A program made the position numbers and the translations under genes. The notes under the pieces are model-generated. The model worked only from the letters and a program-made list of their open reading frames with translations, ran no database searches and had not been told where the DNA came from. Of a DNA stretch of 55,879 nt, positions 21,980 to 28,929 are shown one piece after another (the first letter of the stretch is position 1; every line of letters begins with the position of its first letter). The DNA comes from Alphaproteobacteria bacterium (GTDB lineage: Bacteria; Pseudomonadota; Alphaproteobacteria; Rs-D84), in assembly GCA_041673665.1 (NCBI GenBank), contig JBAYXF010000001.1:1-55879 (forward strand), written 5' to 3'.

Positions 21980-22276
21980 TTATAATTGAGAAATAAAGTC
22001 TGGAAATCCATTGTCTTCTTCGTCTAATTTTTCTTCGTTTGATTCAGAAGGCGTGGCACATTTTTCGTTCGGCCCACGTGAAGTATCTATTTTAGATTGT
22101 TCGTCACTTACAACACGTCCATAGTGTTCCGCCATTTGTAAAAGACGTTCGCGCTCAATTGCGTCAGGCGTTTGACGTGCCTGATCCATATATTGTTTGC
22201 GTTTCTGACGCAGACGATGACAACGTTGAATCATAAGTCCAACAGACATTTGTTTTTTATTATTATTATTTTGCAT
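21980..22276 (-). CDS. DUF4167-like small basic protein
   Basis: 98 aa with a basic N-terminus and a LLQMAEHYGRV segment resembling the AEHY core of DUF4167 proteins common in Alphaproteobacteria. Confidence 0.5.
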   Translation of the reverse strand: MQNNNNKKQMSVGLMIQRCHRLRQKRKQYMDQARQTPDAIERERLLQMAEHYGRVVSDEQSKIDTSRGPNEKCATPSESNEEKLDEEDNGFPDFISQL

Positions 22277-22366
22277 ATTTTTTCTTTTCTATAAGTGGAA
22301 ATAAATCGCTAGCAAATCATCAAATTGCTTTACGATAATAAATATATTACAACGAGTGAAAATCAA

Positions 22367-22395
22367 TTGCAATAATTTTTTTTTATGGCTATTAT
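22367..22395 (+). promoter_or_regulatory. Candidate sigma70-type promoter for the pilin-like gene trio
   Basis: TTGCAA (22367-22372), 17-nt spacer, TATTAT (22390-22395). A strong SD AGGAGGG (22406-22412) lies 7 nt before the TTG start at 22420. AT-rich context makes chance matches likely. Confidence 0.3.
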
Positions 22396-22419
22396 CACAG
22401 TGTGTAGGAGGGATGCACC

Positions 22420-23856
22420 TTGCAAAGCGAAGCCCGTGGAAATTTTTTATTACAAGCTTTGCTTGCGATTGCCCTGGTAATGTTTTTTATGCCCTTTGTG
22501 GCACAAAAATTATCATCAAAGAAAAACGATTCCGAATTAAGCGCAATTGCACGCCAAGCAAACAGTGCTGCATATGCTGCACGTGAATTTATAAAAGCAA
22601 GCAAAGACAATCTTGCTTATGGTCAGCAACACTTTAAAGATGATGATTTTACCGATTTATTGGAACCGTTTGGTCTACCTTTGGGATTTGTTACACAAAC
22701 CAGTGCAAACCAGGAAATATCTCTTTTTACGGGAAAAAAAGAATCTGAAATTTTAAGTGTGATAGTTTTGCGTGGCGGAAATTTATCGGAACTTAAAAAA
22801 AGGGAGCTGCTTACGCGCATTGGGCCGGACGCCGCCATCGCTGATGCAGATGGAATTTTACATGGGATCGGTGGTTGGGAAAAGAATCTGAAAGATTTTA
22901 AAATCAAGCCGGATGTTTCGGCTGTTTACATTTTAATCCCTTCAGATGATGATTTTTCGGAACTTGTTCGTAGAAAAGCAGAGAATCTGGCCCGGGCAAA
23001 ATTTCATACTAATTTAAACATGGGAAATTTTTCTATAAAAAATGTTGTTTCGTTGACCACAAGAAATGCAGAATTTGACGTTGCTAATTTTGATACACTT
23101 TCTATTACTGGTTCCGGCGGGGATAGAAAATTTAAAAACGATATAGGTGTGTTGTCCACAAAGCGTGCGGTATTTCAAAAGGGGAAGGATGACAACCCAT
23201 TAAGCATTTATCGTGGCGATCTAAAAGCAACTGCATTGTATGCTCAAACATTATTTAAATATGGATTGCCAGGAACCATTTATGCAAACAGTGCTTCGCT
23301 AAATTCTTTATCTATGTCTGCTGGGCATACAGGATTTTATGGTATGTATGATTGGGATGTCCACAGTGATGTTATCTTAAACAATGTTTCTATAGATACA
23401 GAATATTTAGAAGTAAATGGTTTTATAAACGCTTCGCGCGGGCAAGACGTTTTTATTGATCAAGATGAGTTAACTTATTTCAGTAAAAGCGGAGTAGAAA
23501 CAGAATCTATAACCACGGCATTTATAACCTTACGAGATCAAATATCCAGTGCGTTATTATCTGGCGACGATAGTGCTATAATTATGGATATCAGGCCGGC
23601 CGGAGTCTCCGTGCTTCCTGACATTTTAGTAGACACCATAGATAATGATAATTTTCAAATTCTTAAAAATCCGGACTTGGATGATGGGGAAGTTGTTACT
23701 TGTAGAAGTATAATTTCATCACTTTCATCATCATCAACTTATAATTCAAAATCAGTAATACAAAATATTATTTGCCAGTTTGTATTTTGGCAACGACTGG
23801 AACGCCGTATAGATATTAAACAATGTTTGATAGATGGAAACAGTGATTGTGGATAA
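22420..23856 (+). CDS. Large type IV pilin-like protein P1 (prepilin-type N-terminus, 478 aa)
   Basis: The TTG start is preceded by AGGAGGG. N-terminus is MQSEARG|NFLLQALLAIALVMFFMPF, with Gly at -1, Gln at +5 and a 20-residue hydrophobic helix. It is paralogous to the next two ORFs. Four Cys lie in the last 51 aa. Confidence 0.6.
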   Translation: MQSEARGNFLLQALLAIALVMFFMPFVAQKLSSKKNDSELSAIARQANSAAYAAREFIKASKDNLAYGQQHFKDDDFTDLLEPFGLPLGFVTQTSANQEISLFTGKKESEILSVIVLRGGNLSELKKRELLTRIGPDAAIADADGILHGIGGWEKNLKDFKIKPDVSAVYILIPSDDDFSELVRRKAENLARAKFHTNLNMGNFSIKNVVSLTTRNAEFDVANFDTLSITGSGGDRKFKNDIGVLSTKRAVFQKGKDDNPLSIYRGDLKATALYAQTLFKYGLPGTIYANSASLNSLSMSAGHTGFYGMYDWDVHSDVILNNVSIDTEYLEVNGFINASRGQDVFIDQDELTYFSKSGVETESITTAFITLRDQISSALLSGDDSAIIMDIRPAGVSVLPDILVDTIDNDNFQILKNPDLDDGEVVTCRSIISSLSSSSTYNSKSVIQNIICQFVFWQRLERRIDIKQCLIDGNSDCG

Positions 23857-25096
23857 TTGCATTGATAAAAAATATTTTTATAAAGAGCAAAAAGGTTCAG
23901 GGTTAATGGAAACCCTGCTGGCAATTGCAATTGTTGGTGCAATAATGCCCTTTGCCTATAATAGTGTAATGGATATGAGTCGCAAAGTCGCGGATGTATC
24001 TGAATCAAAACGTATTATTGCATGGCAAGATCCAGTTATGGCATATGTTCGTAAAAATCAGGCAGATTGGCCATCAAATGCCCAGGTAGAATTTGATGAG
24101 GAAGAGGTTGTTAATATTGGCACAGGAGATAATCGTTTGCTAAAACCATATGCTGGGTTTATTGAAAAACGCGAGGGTTCGGGGGGAATATCAATAAATG
24201 CATATCTTGCTTTTAAGCCGGTTGATATAAAAAAAGTAAGGGTTGCGAATATCGTTCAAAATATAGGTGTTGATGCCGCAATGGTGCAATCTGGCGGTGA
24301 AGCCGTCAGCCAAAGCGGGTGGAGTATTTCATCGGAATTATTTACAGAAGGTGATTTAATTTTCAGGGTTTCTGATATTTTGGGTGAAGACGATGTATAT
24401 AAATATTTACACAGAACATATCTGGATGATAAAGAATTAAATACTATGCGGCGAGATTTGGATATGGCAAAGAACAGTATATCTGGGGTTGGGAAAATAA
24501 CGGCGCAAACTATAAATGCAACAGGCGCAAAAGCCTGGTTTGTTAATTCTTCAAAAGTTATAACAAACGAAATCTTTTTCCCAGAGGGGATGACAATTGA
24601 TGCGTCCAAGGCCATATTTGGGTCTATAACAGTAAATGGCGACGTTAATGGTTTTAGAAAAATTACAGCAGATAAATTAAAACATGTTGGGACAATGTCC
24701 AGTGCTACATGGGCAACCAAGGGGGATATAATTGCGGACTCGGTCAATATAAATGGACCGGTACATGTTCAGCGTGATATGGTTGTAAAATCAGAAAGCG
24801 CACGGACAATTACTGGGTTTGCTGGAATTCGTACCCAGGCGGTTGCTACGCCATATTTATATGCGGACAATTTAATTTTCCAGGCAGGTTATGGAATAAC
24901 AATTTCCAGTGATTTATTATATTCTAGTTCTGGCGAATCAATCACAATAGGTAGCTGGAGGTTTCCATCAACAACAGGGCCGGGATTTTCAGAATTGATT
25001 TTGAAAAAAACAAGCGATGAAGAATTTGGAGAAGCGCTGGCAACGCCAGATAGTGAAGATTTTTCTCCGCTGATGACAAGCGGGTGGAAAGATTAA
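23834..25096 (+). CDS. Large type IV pilin-like protein P2 (420 aa)
   Basis: N-terminus ...DKKYFYKEQKG|SGLMETLLAIAIVGAIMPF, with Gly at -1 and Glu at +5. The leader aligns with that of P3, which favours the ATG at 23834 over the internal ATG at 23906. It overlaps the P1 stop by 23 nt. Confidence 0.6.
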   Translation: METVIVDNCIDKKYFYKEQKGSGLMETLLAIAIVGAIMPFAYNSVMDMSRKVADVSESKRIIAWQDPVMAYVRKNQADWPSNAQVEFDEEEVVNIGTGDNRLLKPYAGFIEKREGSGGISINAYLAFKPVDIKKVRVANIVQNIGVDAAMVQSGGEAVSQSGWSISSELFTEGDLIFRVSDILGEDDVYKYLHRTYLDDKELNTMRRDLDMAKNSISGVGKITAQTINATGAKAWFVNSSKVITNEIFFPEGMTIDASKAIFGSITVNGDVNGFRKITADKLKHVGTMSSATWATKGDIIADSVNINGPVHVQRDMVVKSESARTITGFAGIRTQAVATPYLYADNLIFQAGYGITISSDLLYSSSGESITIGSWRFPSTTGPGFSELILKKTSDEEFGEALATPDSEDFSPLMTSGWKD

Positions 25097-25112
25097 GTAA
25101 TTTATAAAATAA

Positions 25113-26417
25113 ATGAAAAACAAAAGAAAATTTTTTAAAAATGAATACGGCGGAATGATGTTAGAAATTCTGCTGTCGTTGGCAATTACAGTTGCTGTTG
25201 TTCCATTTGTTATGCGCGAGTTAAATAGTCGTACGCATCGTGCTGAAAATGTTCGTATTGCGCGCGATATCAGCGAGACTAAAGAAGCCTTGGAAAGATA
25301 TATGACTGCTCATAAACTCAAATTATTAGAGCCGTCTGGTCGTGTAGTTATCAAGGTTAAAATTAGTGATTTATCAGAATACGGAAACATTCCAAAAGAT
25401 CATGAAAAATTTCAAGCACGCATAATAAAATCTAGGAGTATCAGCGGGCGTACGGTGTTGTCTGGTATGGTTATATATGATTCTGCAGAGATATCGCCAA
25501 TTCGTACACGCGAAATAGCTGAACTGGGTGGGGAATCATCAGGGTTCATAGATAATAACCAAGCACATGGAGTATTTGGTACGTGGCATTCTAGAACAAA
25601 TATTTTTGATGCAACGTTCAGTAACAATTCTGTCGTAGAAAATACAAATACAATTTTGTCAGGTGGGGATTTTTTATGGAGGCTTCCTTCAAAAAATTCT
25701 CTTGATGCATCAATGTCAACAGACTTGCTAATCGGAGATAACAGTATAGAAGATGTTTCAACAATTGATACGTATGGGGCGAATTTTACAGAAATTTTAA
25801 AATCGGGTTTAATTAATGTAGAAACGGTTCAGATTACACCACGTGCGGAATTGTCTGCAGAATTAAATGTTTCCGGGGAAACGCTAGTAATCGGAGCATT
25901 AACATCAGATTCAAGAAGCGCAGAAATAAGCGGAAGTTTATCATTAACTGATACAGGTACAGTTTCAAAATTAGAAGCAAGAGAGATATGGGTTGGGGAT
26001 TTGACTTTGAACGGATTAACTATTAATGGCAGTGCCGAGCCAGCAATTTTAAAAGTTAGTAGCACGATAGATATTACAAGAGGAAAAATTACAACAACAA
26101 CAGCGACTATTGGATATACTGGATCTGTTTCTCCAAAGATTGTTGTAACAGACCGTATAGAAGATCCATCAAATTCTTCATATTATTGGGATTTAACAAC
26201 AGATAAAGCATCTTTTTCAGATGTTTACTGTGCTGAACTAAATCAGATATTAAAAACCGCAATTACTAATGAATCACAAACTATAAGAACCAAGACGGAA
26301 ACAATAATAAGGGCAATTGCCGCAAACAGCAATGCTACTATTTCTGATTATGTCAAGGCATTAAGTGAAATTCAAACCAGTGTAACAGCGAAATATAATA
26401 ACTTGAATTTAGACTAA
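25113..26417 (+). CDS. Large type IV pilin-like protein P3 (434 aa)
   Basis: N-terminus MKNKRKFFKNEYG|GMMLEILLSLAITVAVVPF, with Gly at -1 and Glu at +5. It shares internal motifs with P1 and P2. Confidence 0.6.
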   Translation: MKNKRKFFKNEYGGMMLEILLSLAITVAVVPFVMRELNSRTHRAENVRIARDISETKEALERYMTAHKLKLLEPSGRVVIKVKISDLSEYGNIPKDHEKFQARIIKSRSISGRTVLSGMVIYDSAEISPIRTREIAELGGESSGFIDNNQAHGVFGTWHSRTNIFDATFSNNSVVENTNTILSGGDFLWRLPSKNSLDASMSTDLLIGDNSIEDVSTIDTYGANFTEILKSGLINVETVQITPRAELSAELNVSGETLVIGALTSDSRSAEISGSLSLTDTGTVSKLEAREIWVGDLTLNGLTINGSAEPAILKVSSTIDITRGKITTTTATIGYTGSVSPKIVVTDRIEDPSNSSYYWDLTTDKASFSDVYCAELNQILKTAITNESQTIRTKTETIIRAIAANSNATISDYVKALSEIQTSVTAKYNNLNLD

Positions 26418-26451
26418 TTCTGGATAAAATAATATAAAAATAAAAAAGAAA

Positions 26452-26930
26452 ATGAAAATAACGTGCCCTTTTTGCAAAGTAAATTATTCTGTTCGTAATG
26501 ATAATAATCATACATACGAATGTGCTGTATGTGGTTGTGTTTGGCGGGCACCGATCATTCAAAAAAAATCAAAAATATTGGTTTTCTCATTATACTTTTT
26601 GGTTTATTACTGGCTGCTTTATCTTTGGCCGCCATGATTTTATGGTTCCCACTTGGAAAGCAAAACGCTTTATCTGTTTATATGGACTCTGCACAATCGG
26701 TTGGCGATGTTTTAATTGTTTCAGGCCAGATTGAAAATAAGTCAGAAAAATTACACGGTATACCAGATTTAATGATTGTAATAAAAGATGATAATGATAC
26801 AGAAATATCAACACAAAAGTTTGCGCCACCAGCACCATTATTAGATGCCGGGGAAAAAACAAATTTTTCGGTTCAGGTTCATAATGTCCCAGAAAAAATA
26901 GCAAAAGTTTCAGTAGAGTTAAATGATTAA
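26452..26930 (+). pseudogene. MJ0042-type zinc-ribbon / TM / DUF3426-like protein, interrupted by a -1 frameshift
   Basis: Frame A (26452-) encodes MKITCPFCKVNYSV...YECAVCGCVW, a CxxC...CxxC zinc ribbon. Frame B (through 26930) encodes the expected TM helix (IGFLIILFGLLLAALSLAAMILW) and a beta-rich DUF3426-like domain. The frames meet at the A8 tract. Confidence 0.7.
26561..26568 (+). repeat. A8 homopolymer at the frameshift point (A_AAA_AAA in the upstream frame)
   Basis: Read directly: cattc-aaaaaaaa-tcaaaaat. One additional A would fuse the two frames. Confidence 0.9.
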
Positions 26931-26949
26931 TATGCAAAAGGTATTTAAT

Positions 26950-27405
26950 ATGAAAAAAATCTTTTTAACTATTTTGTTTTCAATAATTTGTATGTCCGCA
27001 TATGCAGCAATAAGCGCGGTAAGTATATTTTCTACCAGTACAGACTGGGAAAGGGTTACAGGATTACGCTATAGCCAATTTGATGTTTCTTTTGTGCGCG
27101 ATAAATCATTGGGCAGTAAAGGGATGGAGATTTATTTTCTAGATGGATTTCCATGCATAGGACAGGCTGAAACAGCCAGGGCTTGGATTTCCCCCAGTAA
27201 TTTTTCAAGCAAGGATAAAAAGGCAAACATGAACATCAGTTGTGTGCAACGTCCGAAACAAATTCGATTTGCATGGCGCGAAGCGAATGAAAAAGATTCT
27301 CAATCTAAAACAACCGGCATAATGACTTGTCAGATAGCCGGGGATGGACGTGAAATAGAAATTTTATTAAGTGATTGCGTCAAGGGGAAAAACTGGAATG
27401 AGTAA
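26950..27405 (+). CDS. Secreted hypothetical protein (about 151 aa)
   Basis: Sec signal MKKIFLTILFSIICMSAYA|A, with four Cys in the mature part. The start is taken at the ATG at 26950 rather than the track start at 26923. Confidence 0.5.
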   Translation: MKKIFLTILFSIICMSAYAAISAVSIFSTSTDWERVTGLRYSQFDVSFVRDKSLGSKGMEIYFLDGFPCIGQAETARAWISPSNFSSKDKKANMNISCVQRPKQIRFAWREANEKDSQSKTTGIMTCQIAGDGREIEILLSDCVKGKNWNE

Positions 27406-28357
27406 TACAAGAATATTTATTGCGAAAGAGTCTGACGTCAGTTTGCGGATGGATAAATTTTTGGTATATAATATGCCAGAATTTTCACGCAGTGAAATAC
27501 AGAAATTTATTATTAAAAGAATTCCAGATACAGATGAAATAAAATTCTCTGAAAAAATTAAACTGGGGGACAAGGTAGAAGTTATAATCCCAGAAAAAGA
27601 ACATAATCAATTACTCCCCATAAATAAAAAAATCAAATTTGAAATAGATGTCTTGTTCGAAGACGATGATATTATTGTTATAAATAAACCACGTGCTGTT
27701 GCTATGTATCCTGGCGCGGGTCGTGAAACAGATACTTTGGTTCAGCGTGTTTTATCGCATACCAATTTGTCCGTCCAGGGCGGCCCAATGCGTCCAGGAG
27801 TTGTGCATCGTTTGGACAAAGATACCAGCGGAATCGTAATTTTTGCAAAATCTGATGCGGCATATCGCGTGCTTATTAAAACATTTGCCAGACATGATTT
27901 ATCACGCAAATATATTGCTTTTGTTTGGGGTATTCCCAATTGGACCGAGGCTGATATCAGTGGCAACATCGGGCGTAGTGCAAAAAATCGTCAAAAAATG
28001 ACAATGTTAAAAGTCGGGGGAAAACATGCAGAAACCAGTGTCGAGGTCATAGGTGCATGGTCTGACGTTGGAATTTCTAAATTGCGTTGTACTTTGTTTA
28101 CTGGGCGCACACATCAGATACGTGTACATTTATCTGCACATGGATTCCCATTGGTATGTGATCCATTATATGGACGTGGAAGTGCGCGATTGGGCAGTGT
28201 AAAAAATCCAGAATTATTAGATTTTATAAAAACACATCATGGGCAAATGTTGCATGCTGAGGTTCTGGAATTAAAACATCCAATAACTGGTGAAATTATA
28301 AAATTAAAAACTAAATTGCCAGATGATATGAAAGAGCTGCAAGAAATTCTGGGCTAG
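27398..28357 (+). CDS. rluD: RluA-family 23S rRNA pseudouridine synthase (RluD-like)
   Basis: N-terminal S4-like domain (RMDKFL), catalytic HRLDKDTSGIVIFAKS, and GRTHQIRVHL. The start is taken at the ATG at 27398. Confidence 0.88.
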   Translation: MSNTRIFIAKESDVSLRMDKFLVYNMPEFSRSEIQKFIIKRIPDTDEIKFSEKIKLGDKVEVIIPEKEHNQLLPINKKIKFEIDVLFEDDDIIVINKPRAVAMYPGAGRETDTLVQRVLSHTNLSVQGGPMRPGVVHRLDKDTSGIVIFAKSDAAYRVLIKTFARHDLSRKYIAFVWGIPNWTEADISGNIGRSAKNRQKMTMLKVGGKHAETSVEVIGAWSDVGISKLRCTLFTGRTHQIRVHLSAHGFPLVCDPLYGRGSARLGSVKNPELLDFIKTHHGQMLHAEVLELKHPITGEIIKLKTKLPDDMKELQEILG

Positions 28358-28363
28358 GTTTTT

Positions 28364-28858
28364 CTATTTTATATTTGCGGCCATTTCGGTCGCTATTTTT
28401 TTAACTGAAATCATATATGGATTTATACATCCCATGCATCCAGTTTTTTTATCACGAAAATCACAATATTGAATAAAGCCGTAACAAGTGCTTACCTTTG
28501 GGATTATGGTTATAATTTTTTGTGGTTCGAAATCATAAGGATTTAAAAAAAGTATATTGTCGTGAGACGAAGAAAGTCTTAAAGTTGGCATATCACAAAA
28601 ATCGCTGGAACAAGACCCCTTTAAAAATTCTGGAGATATTTTTGAAGTATCAATTTTTTGTATTTCTTTTGAAACCGTTTTTATAAAAAGTTCTTTTAAT
28701 TCAAAATAATATAATGTTTTTGATTTTATAATAATACTGTCAGATCCCGGCCAAACGTCGTTCATACAAACCCGTGTTTTTTTTAAATGGTGATTATCAG
28801 GAAATTGTATTTCTAAAGTCCCTGTATATTTTTCTTCTTTTGGTTCAATATTTGGCAT
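28364..28858 (-). CDS. Hypothetical Cys-rich protein, 164 aa
   Basis: ORF with no signal peptide and clustered cysteines (CSSDFC, CYGFIQYC, CMGC). No family recognised. Confidence 0.45.
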   Translation of the reverse strand: MPNIEPKEEKYTGTLEIQFPDNHHLKKTRVCMNDVWPGSDSIIIKSKTLYYFELKELFIKTVSKEIQKIDTSKISPEFLKGSCSSDFCDMPTLRLSSSHDNILFLNPYDFEPQKIITIIPKVSTCYGFIQYCDFRDKKTGCMGCINPYMISVKKIATEMAANIK

Positions 28859-28929
28859 TTGTTTACCTTATATTAATTGTTAATTAATATAGTAGCCCAA
28901 ATAAGAAGCTTGTCAATATTTAATCTTTT

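Noticed and set aside
22356-22586. 76-aa ORF overlapping the start of pilin-like P1 (with an internal ATG at 22413)
   Set aside because: It would cover the promoter-like element. The ATG at 22413 sits 0-1 nt from the AGGAGGG Shine-Dalgarno sequence, whereas the TTG at 22420 has ideal 7-nt spacing and opens a 478-aa ORF.
24256-24747. 163-aa minus-strand ORF inside P2
   Set aside because: It is antisense to an ORF supported by paralogy with P1 and P3, and has no motif of its own.
22420-26417. Shufflon-type DNA inversion system (sfx-like inverted repeats plus an Rci recombinase) associated with the PilV-like genes
   Set aside because: I saw no obvious repeated 19-bp-type inverted sequences between the C-terminal coding regions and no adjacent recombinase. 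The only tyrosine recombinase in the window (xerD, 46823-47680) is 20 kb away and looks like the housekeeping dif recombinase.
26498-26937. Third-frame 78-aa ORF and a 115-aa minus-strand ORF over the DUF3426 region
   Set aside because: The zinc-ribbon frame plus the -1 frame together reconstruct a coherent known architecture. These alternatives encode nothing recognisable.
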